Source: Bugula neritina (taxonomy: Eukaryota > Animalia > Bryozoa). Taken from it: 64,000 nucleotides of DNA. Location of the stretch: positions 4,840,233-4,904,232 of the forward strand of contig OZ037772.1 in the NCBI GenBank assembly GCA_964035545.1. The letters run 5' to 3'. Positions 15,301 through 30,300 of this stretch are shown piece after piece (the first letter of the stretch is position 1; each line of letters starts with the position of its first letter). The translations under genes and the position numbers were made by a program. The notes beneath the pieces were generated by a model. It was not told the origin of the DNA. It ran no database searches and worked only from the letters and a program-made list of their open reading frames with translations.

Positions 15301-18300
15301 AATAGGCAATTTCATGCTAGAATTACATTGCTTTAGCTTAAGATGGTTGTATTACTATATGATGTCTCAACTGGTATATGTTTACTATAGCATGTCTAAT
15401 CTGAAGAATTTGGAGACTCTTCGTATGTCAGGGAATAAGTTCAGTGAAGGATTACCTGATGTATTCACATCAATGACATCTCTAAGAGAGTTGAATATGC
15501 GGTACTGTGTGCTACCAACTCTACCTGAGAGGTTAGTGAAAGCAACCCAATATGAGATACAAACAAGAATTTTTTATCTGTAGTACACGACATCCAGGAT
15601 TTGTCCGCATTTCTTTATACTTAAATTTTTTGCTGCCAAATAATTTCTGAAAATTTTTCAAAACCTCTTAAATTATTCTTGCTATATTGTAAATAATATG
15701 CAAATAAGTAGAAGCCAATAAAAAGATTCTATGTAGTATTATGACATATGATTCTAGAATATATAAAACATGTTACAATACTTCAATTTCCTATATTCCT
15801 CAACGCTTGAATTGAGTAAAAGTTGATGAGTTAAGTTCAGTATATAGTTTTTTTCTTGAAAAGATATACAGCTTTAGCTCTATTATATAATATACCTGCA
15901 GACTAAAACTAGCCATTGATCTGACAACATAATGTATAATTGATATTTAAATTATACAGTCTTTTATTAAATACAATAAAATTGGTTACTTGACAATCTT
16001 CAAATTTTAAAGTATAACAAAAACAATTTATTTTGGCAAATCACCTGTAATTATCGAAAAAAAATGATTTTATATGTAAATAAAATTTTAGTTGTACATC
16101 TGATGCTTTACTCAGTTTTAAAAAAAAGCTCATGCTGCAGTACATGTTTCACATGCATATGTAATATCTACGGTTTATCTACTAGTAATGTATTTTATTC
16201 CAACTTCATTTTCAATCGAATGAAATCTGTATGTCAATCGGCAATTTTATGCTAGAATTAAATTGCTTTAGCTTAAGATGGTTGTGTTACTATATGATGC
16301 TTTAACTGGTATATGTTTACTATAGCATGTCTAATCTGAAGAATCTAGAGACTCTTTATATGTCACAGAATAAGTTCAGTGAAGGATTACCTGATGTATT
16401 CACATCAATGACATCTCTAACTACATTGTATATGCAGATCTGTGAACTACCAACTTTACCTGAGAGGTTAGTGAGAATGCATTAAATGAAATGTTCATAA
16501 GTGTGAAGGATATAGTTCTTTAATAGAAGTATTTTTTTTTAATAAAATAATCTACAGTTTTTAAAGTTCTACAGTTTTACAAACCTTTTGCATTTCTTAA
16601 GTGCAATATATTAGGTTCACAGTAGAATCACAAGTATCAACTGTGTTTCATACTTCCCATTGAAAGTCAACCATCAGCTTGCCAACTGACGCACTAACCA
16701 TTACACTACAAGGGTAATCCTAACACTCCATGCAACCAGTTATTCTAAACTCTATTGGTCCCCTTACTACTCATTCAGTTTAGGCTTCCCGGGCCTCTCA
16801 ACTCTCTTGGCGTACTACCAAAATGCTATACTAAATGTGAAAGAGCTTGCTAACAATTACACACGGGTCACCAGGTGATCTCAACACCCCACTAAGCTGT
16901 CCACATGTGCATTCAGCTCCCTGCTACCATAAAGCTATTCACCTGCACTAACCGTCATGATGTATAAACTTCAATTACAGGCGGTTGTAATTTTACATGC
17001 CCCTCCTTTCAAATGGAAGGACATCACAATTACTAGACATCAAATTATTATAAGCGCATTACAGAGATTACTTGATTAGCATGTGAATAAAATCTTAGTT
17101 GTATATTTTATGCTTCACTTGGTCTAATATATGAGCTACACACTTGTATGACACAGTAGATGTGCACAGCCATATTCTACTACCATATTACTAAATGATG
17201 TTTCAATTACTATATTATGTTTACTATAGCATGTCTAATCTGGAGAATCTGGAGACTCTTGATATGTCATGGAATAACTTCAGTGAAGGATTACCGAATG
17301 TATTCACATCAATGACATCTCTAAGAGAGTTGCATATGAAGAGTTGTGAACTATCAACTCTACCTGAGAGGTGAGTGAGAATGCATTAAATAAAAAGTTC
17401 ATTAGTGTGGAGGATATAGTTCTGCAGTAGAAGTACCTATTTTTCATTCAAATTATCTACAGGTTTTAAAGTTCTACAGTTTTACAAATTTTCTCCATTT
17501 CTTAAGTGCAATATATCAGATTCACAGTAGAATCACAAGTCCCAACTGTGTTACAAACTTCCAATTGAGTCAATAAGTCAACCACCGGCTTGCCAGCTGA
17601 CGTTCTAGCCATTACACTACAAGTGTAATCCTAACACTCCATGCAACCAGTTCTTCTAAACTCCGCTGGTCCCCTTACTACTCATTCAGTTTAGACTTCC
17701 CGGGCCTCTCAACTCTCTTGGCGTACTACCAAAATGCTATACAAAATGTGAAAGAGCTTGCTAACAATTACACATGAGTCACTTGGTAATCTCAACACCA
17801 CACTAAGGGATTCACATGTGCATTCAGCTCCCTGCTACCATAAAGCTATTCACCTGCACTAACCGTCATGATGTAAGAACTGCATTTACAGGAGGTTGTA
17901 ATTCTACATGCACCTACTTTCAAATGGAAAGACGTCACAATTACTAGACATCAAATTATTATAAGCGCATGACAGATATTACTTGATTAACATGTGAATA
18001 AAATCTTATTTGTATATTTTATGTTTCACTTGGTCTAATACATGAGCTGCACACTTGTATGACACAGCAGAGGTGCACAGCCAACATCTACTACAATATT
18101 ACCTAATGATGTTTCAGTTAGTATATTATGTTTACTATAGCATGTCTAGTTTAAAGAATCTGGAGACTCTTATTATGTCAGGGAATAACCTCCGAGAAGG
18201 ATTATCTGAGGTATTCACATCCATGACATCTCTAAGAGAGTTGCATATAGAGAACTGTAAACTACCAACTCTACCTGAGAGGTTAGTGAAAGCAACTCAA

Positions 18301-21300
18301 TATGAAATACAAATAAATTATTTTATCTGTAGTACATGATATCCAGGATTTGCCTGCATTTCTTTATACTTAAATTTTTTGCTGCCAAATAATTTCTGAA
18401 AATTCTTTAAACCTGTGAAACTATTCTTGCTATATTGTGTATAATATGCAAATAAATGCACGCCAATAAAAAGAATATATGTAGTATTATGACATATGAT
18501 TCTAGAAATATAAAAAATGTTACAATACTTTAATTTCCTATATTCCTTAAAGCTTGAATTGAGTAAAAGTTGATGAGTTAAGTTCAGTATAAAGTTTTTT
18601 TTAGAATATATACAGCTTAAGCTCTATTAAATAATATACCTGCAGGCTAAAACTAGCCATTGATCTGACAACATAACGTATAATTGATATGTAAATTATA
18701 CAGCCTTTTAATAAATACAATAAAAATTGTTAATTTGACAATCTTTAAATTTTTAAGTATAACAAAAACAAATTATTTTAGCAACTCACCTGTAGTTATC
18801 AAAAAGAAACTATTTCATATGTGAATAATATTTTAGTTGTACATCTGATGCTTTACTCAGTTTTGAAAAAAAGCTCATGCTGCATACAGTACATGTTTCA
18901 CATGCATATGTAACATCTACTGTTTTTTTTTTAATAATGTATTTTATTTCGACTTCATTCTCCATCGAATAAAATCTGTATGTCAATCGGCATTTTTATG
19001 CTAGAATTACATTGCTTTAGCTTAAGATGGCTGTATTACTTACTATACAATGTTTCAACTGGTATATGTTTACTATAGCACGTCTAATCTGAAGAAACTG
19101 GAGACTCTTAATATGACAGGGAATAAATTCAGTAAAGGATTACCTGAGGTATTCACATTATTGACATCTCTAAGGACGTTGTATATGCAGAGCTGTGAAC
19201 TATCAACGTTACCTGAGAGGTGAGTGAGAATGCATTGAATAAAAAGTTCATTAGTGTGGAGGATATAGTTCTGCAGTAGAAGTACCTATTTTTTATTCAA
19301 ATTATCTACAGGTTTTAAAGTTCTACAGTTTTACAAATTTTCTGCATTTCTTAAGTGCAATATATCAGGTTCACAGTAGAATCACAAGTCCCAACTGTGT
19401 TACAAACTTCCAATTGAGTCAATAAGTCAACCACCGGCTTGCCAGCTGACGTTCTAGCCATTACACTACAAGTGTAATCCTACACAGAGAGAAATATTAG
19501 TGTTAGAGTGAACATTAGCTGACAACTAAAACAGCTCGTTTTTTGGCTCCTAAATTGACCAGCAGTGAATAGAAATTAGTGTCAGGTACTGTTAACAGTG
19601 AATAGTATGTTAGATCAATGTTGATATAAAGAGTTGTGAAGTTGATTCTCTGTATTTATCACAATGAGCCAAGTTACGTTCAATGGTGATCTTATATAAT
19701 ATGTTCAATGGTGAGCTTATTTATGCTCAATAGTGATATTATATATGTTTAATAGTGATCTTATTTATGTTCAATAGTGATATTATATATTTTCAATGGT
19801 GATCTTATTTATGCTCAATAGTGATATTATATATGTTTAATGATGATCTTATTTCTGTTCAATGATGATCTTAGATATGCTCAATGCTGAACTAAGTTAT
19901 ATTCAAAGCTGAACTTATAAATGTTCCATGCTGCTCTAATTTTTGTTGGAAATAAGCTTCTGCAAAAATTATTACTGATCACTCTGAACTAACTTGTCAT
20001 AACTTCTAACCAGTATGAGAGTATAGTAATGTGGATTTTATTGTATATGATAGTTGAATATAAGAAATGCAACAAAAAATAACTTTTAAAGATTAAAATA
20101 AGAAAAAAAACATGAAAATAAGCATTTGCAGAACTTTTCTACGACTGTAAATTCAGTTAACTTTTCTCAATATTAGCAGAACCTGCTAAGACCATAGTGT
20201 GTGTCATTACATTCTTGCTCTGTAGTGTAGCGATAACCAAGCAGTTGTGGTGTGTAATGGTTAGCACACCTGTGATCAAGTCCGAGGTCTGTGATAGTAA
20301 CCCAAGTATGGGAGGGGGGAGGGGGAAGTTTTATAACTAATTCTAGCGGTTAGTAAAGTGTGGTAGAACTCCGAGAGGATTTGAGTGGTCAGGGAAGCTT
20401 GAAGGAGTAGTATAAAAAGGCAGCTGAGTTCTTGAAAAGTGGGTAAGGTGTAGTGTCGAGAGCACCCAGTGACGCTTGTAATGTAGTGGTGAGTGCGCCT
20501 GCTTGCAGGCTGAAGGTCTCAGCATGATTCAAAGTTTTGTAGCGGTCAAATTCTTTTTTGTGCTCCTATTCAGAATCCTTGAGTGCATGTTCTTAAAAAA
20601 TGTTATGGGATCTACAACAAAAGATAAAAGTTGGGTAATATTTAAACTGTATTAGTATGAACAGTAAACATTTGGTTAAGATATACAATCACAAGCAGCT
20701 TATAAATTAAGTTCAACTTTGAAGAAGCTGAAGTCTAAGGCCAAAACTAATAGTACCAATAATGTTAGCTATGAATCTTTCAGCATATTTTCAGCACCGT
20801 CGCACCAATCGTTTGATTCTGAATAACCATACAGGCTTTGACAAACTTATGATCATTATGTTGCGTAGTGTTTGGGTTAGTTTGAGCTTATCAAAATTTA
20901 GTTACAATTTTGGCCATTGTTTTATTTTACTTCTTTCCTAATTACAAATGCAAGAGCTAATGGGCATAATTAGTTTAGTTAATAGAAGCTTCTCTGCATT
21001 AAAAGTATCTCAAAATGTCAGTGAACCACAATTTAGGCTGGAGTCAGCATTTTATATAGACCCCTCATATCGAGATAACAGATATTGAGAAGTTTCAGCA
21101 TGTCTATAAATTGAAAAACAAATAAAGTACTACCAAGAAAAATATTGCTACTTATACATGTTTTTATATTTAATTGTGCTGTGCAAAGATAAATAAAAGA
21201 ATAAACTGGTGGCACGGAAGTTAATAAAAATTTTTGCCAACTCACCACTAATATTGGCATTTTGGTACTTAGCTATAAAACAAGAAGCTAGCTTGGCAGC

Positions 21301-24300
21301 TGCTTAAGGCTAATAACTACTAATAAACTGCATTATTAACAATACTTCTACAATGGGGGGGGGGGATTTAAATTAATGAATTTAGCACAAATTGCTAGAA
21401 GGTGAAGTGGAAATGAAACGCTAAATTTTTTGAAAATATATTGTTACAGGAAAACTTGTATCAAATTGATATAGGAACAGAGTAGTTTGGGAAATATCAG
21501 TTAATGTGGTCTCTTAAAAGTTATAGTTGCCCAAATTCAATTATCTGTCTACAGCAATAGTCATACTGTCATTGTGATATAAAATCAAAATGACAACGTT
21601 AAGCAAATGATTGAGCTTACCTTTTGCTGCAATGACAACTTCAGTTCCTAACTCTGAAAGAAAGTGATCATCTTCTATCTCTGAGAGGTAGCTGCAATCT
21701 TTACCCATGTGATGAAATGATTCAATGTTTTCCATGTTGTGAGGTTGTTTGGAAGCACAAATTCACTGAATTTCAAAGCACAACTTCTTAGTCTGAGCCT
21801 CTGGTGTTCACTATGCCGGCAGAATATTTCTTCTGTCAATAGCAGTGAATGAAAACTATGTGCTGTTATGTAATAACCTTTGTTTTGCTCTTTCGATGCT
21901 TGGTAAGCCAGTTTCTTGCTTTTGAATTACAATTTAAATATTTCCTTACTATAGCTCTGTTATGCAACATCTTCTTTTGTTCCACCAGGTAGTTTACACA
22001 AGGCTTTTGAAGTGGTTCACCTGATCCACAATTGACTATTCAGTAGCTTGTTTCATTGTTAATTTTAAGCTTCTTGTTTGAAACACATTTGCTGATAACT
22101 GAGTACATTGGAGTTTAATGGTGCATCTCCCTGATTTCTCTTTTACACACATTTTAAATTAGTTGGCTTTCCTTTCCATGAATGAAATTGACTAGTGAAG
22201 CCTAAACTACCTATGCAAGAAATATGTGCAGTTGAAATTTTTTGTTGATAAATTCAGCTTAAGTGTTTGATTAACGGAGTGGGGTAATGTTTAATAGTAG
22301 TCTGGTAACAAGCTATTTGAAAATGTCTTGGGTTCAAAAAAATTTCGAAATCATAAACAGCTAGTAGGTTGAAGGAGTTTCATTCCACTTATATGCCCCC
22401 CAGTTAGGTTGTATTTTTTGTTTTGGTACTAAGTATTATATACCTATATACCCTTATATAACTTTCATATCAATTGCTAAACATAAAATAACCATTAATA
22501 TGATATATTTGCAATAATATTTAAATTTTTCCAAATTTGTGTTGAAAAAAAAGCATTAAATGCATTAATAATAACATTTTTTCAAAAAACAAAAAATATA
22601 GAAAATGCAAAATTAATAGGTTTATGCAGAGCAAGGAAATTTATTTGTGTGCCAATTATAAAAAGCAATTGACTCAAATTTATTTAAATGCACATATATT
22701 TCAATAGTATTCAAATAAATTGCACGTAAAATGTATAAATAGCATCTAACTGGGAAGCACCAATCGAAATGACCCAAATGTCGGGTTCAACTCTATCCTA
22801 GCTTCCTATAAAGGTTTGTGATCATCATTAGTGCACATGTGAACGAATAATGTTGTTAGGTGAACAACTGCCGATTGTTCCATAATTCTTATGTAAATAG
22901 AATTTTGCTTGAACATATGTAGTTGTAGCATTGATCTCACTTTCTGCTCCTATCAATTACTGTTTAGCTTCATTAAGACCTATAGTCTAGAAGTAACCTT
23001 CCAAAAAGTGCTCAAAAAATTGGCTTATTACACTTTATTAGGTGGCCACTAAAAAAAAATTGTTTCTAGATCAGAATTTTGTGCTGATTCTTAATCTACA
23101 AACTCTAGAATTCTATTTCTACCCAAACTCAAGTTATTGCAAAAAAACAAATCGACATTTTGGATGGGTGATAAAAAGAAATGCGGATTGTGCAAAATAG
23201 TATCCAATTTTATCAAGCTATCTTGAAAAAAAAAATTTATTTGCTGAAATATCAAAAATAATTGCCTCTTTCTTAGAATTATATGCTGATACTGAATTTA
23301 AAGACTGCAAGACGCTATCTCAAATTAAAACCAAGTTGTTTATATAAACATATATGTTTGTTATGAATCGACATATTGCATGCGGCATAAGCATGCAGAA
23401 TAATTGTATGACCAAGCTATTTATACAAAAATAAAAAAATTCATGCTGATGTGTGAAAAAAACTATATTTATAAAATTATAGTACAAAATAATTAATGTT
23501 GAAATAAATAAGTATTGAAATCTTTTGAGCACAGTCCAAGTGAATCATTTGCTAGTCTGTCAGTATAGCCGTTAAACGTCTGCAAAAATCAACAAGATTC
23601 TGTAAAATTATTTAGAGAAACAGAAGCATGAGAGATGATCAAAATTAAATTGGTTGCAGCAAAATATATAACAAATGTCTAAAAATAGTGCTTTATTATG
23701 AAAAAGTATTCTCGCCATCATTGTCACTGCCGTCAGTCTCATCAGCTTCTTCCCCAATATAGAGCTTCTTTTCAGACAATCCTTACATTGACAAACATCA
23801 GTGCATGCACTGCATTTGAGACTTCTGACATCCACATCTTGATATGTTGCAGCTGGTCTTACAGGAGCAGTTTAAACTTTACAATATACATGTTCAGGTG
23901 CGGAAGCTTGAATCATCTACTTTATATTTATGCTGCCATGATTCTCAACAATCTTTTCATAATGTTTTGGGGGTGGTGCATCAATATAGGCTGTTGTCAC
24001 CCTTCTCCAAATGGCTGCCTGATAATTTGCTCTTTTTACGTGCAAATTTAATTCATCTTTTGTTGGAGGCAAACTGTTTTAAGTTATTTTAGACGGTGAA
24101 TGAAATACAGTGTATCAGACATTATCTATATTTGAATTTCCTGCTCCATAAAGTTTATAGACAAATAACAAATTGTTCTACTAATTCAGCCGCTGTAATG
24201 GCTTACAGCTTAAAATACTTCCTAAGGTGTTCAAAGCTTCCCATACACTATGGATATTTTCCCAAAAGAGAGTAGGCTATGCGCCATCCTTTTTCATAAG

Positions 24301-27300
24301 AAGCACTATAGTCCAATAACAACCTGTTAAAGCATGAAATCCAGTAAGTGCTGCACACAACTGCAGTCCAGATTTATTTGCTGCAATGTTTACTTCCAAA
24401 TACCTTATATGATTATGGTTTTCTCCCAGATAGACCCTGTTTTTATTTTGTTACCATATATATATATATATAATAATATTACCTATATAACTGTTGTATT
24501 GATTGCTAAATAGCTAATATGCTAATAGCTATAGCAGCTAACATGAATTATCTAGAATAATATTCTATTATTTTTACGAATTTGTGTGAGGCAAAAAGTA
24601 GTAATACATTAATAATAGACACTATCTTTAATGGATACTTATTAACTAAATATTTTTTCAAACAACAGGCAAGATGTATAAAATATACAAAATTACTAGG
24701 TTAATGCAAATTAAAGGAATTTATTTATGTGCTAAATAACAAGCAATTGATCCAAGTTTATTTAGATATACATATATTTCAATAATATTAAAGGAAGTTG
24801 CACATGAAAATACATTTTACCAAAATAAATAACTAGGGTCTATGTAGGAAATTTAGCCTAGCCTGATCTATCTATAATATAATATACTATAATATATTAA
24901 TATAATATAATTGGTAAGAAGGTAATGTTTTGCAAACAGCGAGACTTGAGATGAAAACATCAGTGTCTTAAGATTTGATTATTACACGTAGGATTATGAT
25001 GTTCATAAAATACTTTGCATGTAACAAAGTTTGTGTACCTGCCTTCTCATGATCTAATTGTAAGCATTTGAGTTCTGCTTTCTTAGGAATTCCACCATGT
25101 TTGAAAAATTGTAGCTGAACGCAATTTTTTTGGGTATGCAACAACTATAATAACAATATTTTTACTTCATATTTCACACAAAAATGCACCAGTCTCAAAT
25201 TCAGCTTGTTTTATTTGCTGATAAGAAATTATTATTTTTGTGACAAATGGCACACATAAAAAAAGTACATGCCTATGATCTTTGAATAAGGCAGCCCAAG
25301 ATCATTTTGCTAATGGGTGGCCTAAATGTAACCATATATATTTTAAATTATAGGGAAGCTTTAGGGTATTCCTTCTGTAACTATAACTGAGCTAAATTGA
25401 CTCTAGAGTCATTCTATCAAGATAGTATAAAAATATCCATTTAATTTAACCAATAGCATTGTTTTAAAAACCAAATTGCTTATTTATATATAGTTCAGCC
25501 TAAATTTATTGGCAAAGCTTGATTGCACACGTTTAAAATATTTTGTTCCGGAGTCCAGATCAACCTGCTCATGCTTTTCATTACTTTTTTTGTAAAAGTA
25601 ATTATCATAATAACAATCGTGAAAAAAATCATTACTAGACACAGATTTACTTATAATTCGGCTTTTTTATAGCCGATCAATAATAATGTTTGCCTTATAA
25701 CTGAAAAACCCATTCCTTTGCTTGTTTTCGTCCATATAGTCCACTTTTTTTCAGATTTTTAGACAAGAAAATCACTAGAATTAAACTCAGAGAAGTGAAA
25801 AGCACATCTATGAATATCTGCAAAAGTTTTTGCTTGTACATATAATAAACTAGCTTCAATAATTTCAAGATAATATTTAATAGATTTGGACAAAGTTGTG
25901 GGGAAACAACTCCTGTAAAATTTTAAAGAGTTTTTGTGACTAACTAGGTGGATAGAAAAATTTAGAGTTTTTATAACAGAATAGTGAAAAGAGCATCTAT
26001 AATTATCAGCAAAATTATTTTGCTTATATAAAATAAATTAGCTTGAATAATTCCAAGATATTTAGCTGATTCACAAAAACGTTAAGAGAAAACAACTCCT
26101 GATCAATTTTAAAAGTTTAAAGCACTTTTGTGGCTAGCTGGGTGCACAGAAGAGTCTAGAGTTTTCACAGATTAATTAGGACCCTACAAACTCTCCATTT
26201 CGAAAAAAATTGCGTGGCCACCTCTCGGAGTGTAATGAGTGAAAGATAATTGGAGGTTACTTCTAGACTACTAGGGATGATAATTATGTAATACTTGTGA
26301 AAAGTAGCGTTGACTTAACAACTAAGTGGTTTCAGAGCTACTACAAAATATTTTTCAGCTTACACTAATCGGATTAATTTTCAATTTCATCAAAATAAGT
26401 GCAGGTCTAACAACTATTAGAGGTGTGGTGCAGGCTATACCGACAATAAAAGGCTCTTTGAACAACTTTAGTGCAAGCACTGCACTAATATTTCTCTCTG
26501 TGTAACACTCCATGCAACCAGTTCTTCTAAACTCTGCTGGTCCCCTTACTACTCATTCAGTTTAGACTTCCCGGGCCTCTCAACTCTCTTGGCGTACTAC
26601 CAAAATGCTATATAAAATGTGAAAGAGCTTGCTAACAATTACACATGGGTCACTTGGTAATCTCAACACCACACTAAGGGATTCACATGTGCATTCAGCT
26701 CCCTGCTACTATAAAGCTATTCACCTGCACTAACCGTCATTATGTAAGAACTTCATTTACAGGAGGTTGTAATTCTACATGCACCTACTTTCAAATGGAA
26801 GGACATCACAATTACTAGACATCAAATTATTATAAGCGCATGACAGATATTATACTTGATTAACATGTGAATAAAATCTTATTTGTATATTTTATGTTTC
26901 ACTTGGTCTAATACATGAGCTGCACACTTGTATGACACAGCAGAGGTGCACAGCCAAAATCTACTAAAATATTACCTAATGATGTTTCAATTAGTATATT
27001 ATGTTTACTATAGCATGTCTAGTTTAAAGAATCTGGAGACTCTTATTATGTCAGGGAATAACCTCCGAGAAGGATTACCTGAGGTATTCACATCCATGAC
27101 ATCTCTAAAAGAGTTGCATATAGAGAACTGTAAACTACCAACTCTACCTGAGAGATTAGTGAAAGCAACTCAATATGAAATACAAATAAAATAATTTTAT
27201 CTGTAGTACCAACATCCTGGATTTGCCTGCATTTCTTTATACTTAAATTTTTTGCTGCCAAATAATTTCTGAAAATTTTTCGAACCTGTGAAATTATTGT

Positions 27301-30300
27301 CGCTATATTGTATATAATATGCAAATAAACACAAGCCAATGAAAAGATTTTATGTAGTATTTTGACATAAGCTTCTAGAATATATAAAAATGTTACAATA
27401 CTTTAGTTTCCTATATTCTTTAACGCTTGAATTAAGTAAAAGTTGATGAGTTAAGTTCAGTATATAGTTTTTTTTAGAAGATATACAGCTTCAGCTCTAT
27501 TATATAATATACTGGCAGACTGAAACTAGCCATTGATCTGACAACAGAACGTATAATTGATATCTAAATTATACAGCCTTTTATTAAATACAATAAAAAT
27601 TGTTAATGTAATTAATTGGAATGCCAGTGAAATTTCCTGCTCTCATCAAAACAAACAAAGTTAACCAATGTGCCTATAATTAGAAAACCATTGCATTAGT
27701 CATGTATATGTAGCTGTTTTGCTTTTATGGCTATGACAATTTTGCACACGACAGTCAACATGATTTCCTCATGTGTACGATTTCACTATGACTAAGTTAT
27801 ATAAATAGTTTTTTACACCATCAGCTTCCGGAAATGATTCATTCATTGAAGTATAGTTTACTCTCAGCTCTCCTTTTATGCTACACTTTCAGTCAGCTAA
27901 CATGTAGCATAAACTGCTGAGTAACCTTTCACTTAGGTTATGTTAAAACTTTTGTTGCACAGTTGGTTTAAGGTCATACTTTTCATTTTCTGGCTCTTTG
28001 CCAGGTGCTTTATGTTCTATATGAACAATGTTCCACTGATAGCTCGAACAGGTTGAATGTCACAGGAACAAAAAAAATATGAAAAGATAAAGAAACTCAT
28101 GTTCTCCAATATACTTTTTTATTTTTTTCAAAAGCCAATTCATGTTTAAGTTATAGCTTGTTGAAAAACATAGTCCCCCTTCCACATTCTTTTCAATTTA
28201 TACGCTCCTGACTTGTTATTGTGTCTCAATAATATGCCTTGTATTTGAGTGCTTGTTAGTCTCGCTTCACTAACTTTGCCTATACTTCACAAGTGCCAGT
28301 GCTGCTGGCTCAAAAGCTAAATGTTATAAACTGTCAGCTAAAACCCAATCTTGTATTCCTAGGTTGGTTGGCCTAAATAAAACAATAGTCAAATCATGAT
28401 TTCATGTTTTAAAAATTTACTCTATTCTAACCTGCTGCCTAGCTAGTTCTCTTTTTGATGTATAATTACAAAATTTGTGATACATTTTTTTGGCAACCAT
28501 GTGATTTATAAAATGCAGTAATGGTACTTATAATATTATATTATTATCATTATAATATATTATATAGTATTATGTGTGTTTTTATTATACTGCATAATAT
28601 CTATTTTATTATTGTTGTTGCGCAAACAAGTTCAATTAACCTAGTTTTCAAAATGTACCTCTAAATTATCAGAATATCAGTTTAGATATTTTCATGCTTT
28701 GTTAGGTAAACCTAAAAAAAGAGGCTGTATTCCCAAAGTAAAGGGTGTTGAACTATGAACTATATTAGATTAGCCACTCTGCTACCAAGTGCATCAGTAT
28801 AATATTATATGAATAGCTCTGATGCTTTGTCTCCGGTGGCTGGCTGCGATATGATAACTTGGCCAACTTCCAAGAGTTTAAAATTGGCGCAATTATTCAA
28901 GAGGTTACATGCTGCACAGAGCTAGCAGTGATAGTAACCTTGCTATTGGCAGTACTTATTACAACTGCCAGCATATAAGCTGCATTGTAGAATGCTGTTG
29001 GGGTAGGCTAGTAAAACCAAATTCTGCTCTCTAATATACCTAAGACACAATGCAGCAACATAATTGTTCATTTCAAATTACATTGCCACCCTTACATGAG
29101 CTGTGGGCTTCATAAAGATTCATATGATTAGAGATTTATGCTATAGGCTAGCTATGATGAAAATAACACACCATTGTCAAAGTTAACTTCAAGTATGTTG
29201 TTTTCCAGAAACTCAGTAATGTCCATTTATCTCTCGCATACAAATACTTATGTAATACCATACAGTTTAAGTTTTATTTTAGAGCACATCTGCAAACTCT
29301 ACAATAAGAGCTTGCTTTACCAGTCTATTTCAGACCTGTTTTTGTAGCTAGTAATACGCAAGCTACTTATTTTTAAACTTTTGGGTTATTTGTTCAAAAC
29401 CATTTGCTTTGACTGCTATCAACATGAATTGACAGCCTAATAATTATAACCCATTTGCGCGCGAAATATTTATGTAATGATAGTCACTCAAATAGTGCAC
29501 GTTTTAGAAGCATGACTGCGTGGTCCAGAGGTTAGAGGCGTCAGCGACGAGTTGGTTGGTCATGGTTCAACCCTGTTTTGTTGCAATTTTTTTTGTCAAC
29601 TTATGCAAATCCTACGCATGTATAATAAATATGGCTATAATTGTAAAGTTTTTTTTTAACTTTTGTTCAACAGTAAGACAACATACATGCATAATAATTA
29701 GATACTGAACACTAGACTAAACCTTAAATTGATCTTATAGAATACAATGTACTTAAAATAATCATATGTGAATTAGAGAAACTGAAAGTATACACCTGCT
29801 GCGCTATAGACAGACCTTTACTGACAAGACTGCAAAGTGAAGTGATTTAGCTGAAATTAACTCTGCCAAACAAACAAAGAATTATGTTGTGCTGAGGCAT
29901 TTTCAATATATTATTGTAACATAGTGAGATGATTCAGCTAAGTGCTAATGTAAAACAGGGAACATTATATTGGCAGAAATCCAATAGATTGCCAATTTGT
30001 GCGAGAGGGTACTATATGTTATTGTGATAGCGCAGAGCGGCAAACGTACTAGGAATGTTATAATTAGTCACAGGAGCGTAGCTAGAACCACCATATGAAG
30101 AATTTAGAAAATTGCAGTGAAACTTGCAAAATGGTGTATGTTTTTACCAAATTGTGAAGAGCATAAACAGAATTTCAAAAAACAAAGAAAGTATATTAGA
30201 GAAAACATATCAAGGAATGTCAAGTTTAACTTTTAGACTTTATAAAATGAATCCCCTGTGCTACAGCAGTGGAACATGGAGGGTGTAAAATTTTACTTAT

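Larger units (their letters stand above)
8266..19482 (+). repeat. Tandem exon+intron repeat array (about 0.75-1.0 kb period) built from three intron types; it continues at 26503-27606 and 39441-40525
   Basis: Type A (gttagtgaaagcaact..acacgacatccagg..) e.g. 12769-13558, 14605-15390, 15532-16325, 18282-19078. Type B (gtkagtgagaatgcatt..cagtagaatcacaa..) e.g. 13700-14463, 16467-17229, 17371-18140. A more diverged type C at 8266-8870, 9012-9849, 11737-12627. Confidence 0.92.
19483..26502. mobile_element. 7020-bp DNA transposon with perfect 20-bp TIRs and 2-bp TSD (TA); CMC/EnSpm-like, apparently non-autonomous
   Basis: ta|CACAGAGAGAAATATTAGTG ... CACTAATATTTCTCTCTGTG|ta; empty site 'aatcctaacactcc' in sister type-B introns; subterminal tandem repeats of about 20 bp at 19680-19920; no long ORF. 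Confidence 0.88.

Noticed and set aside
8125-19219. Regularly spaced repeats as a CRISPR-like array or as many small separate LRR genes
   Set aside because: The units are spliceosomal exons with AG/GT boundaries, and the spacers are homologous introns rather than unique sequences. The ATG near each exon start is an internal Met, and the ORF-track extensions are intron read-through.
20241-20312. tRNA-like sequence here and at about 29512-29575
   Set aside because: Only A-box/B-box-like fragments with no convincing cloverleaf; at most SINE-like relics inside transposons.
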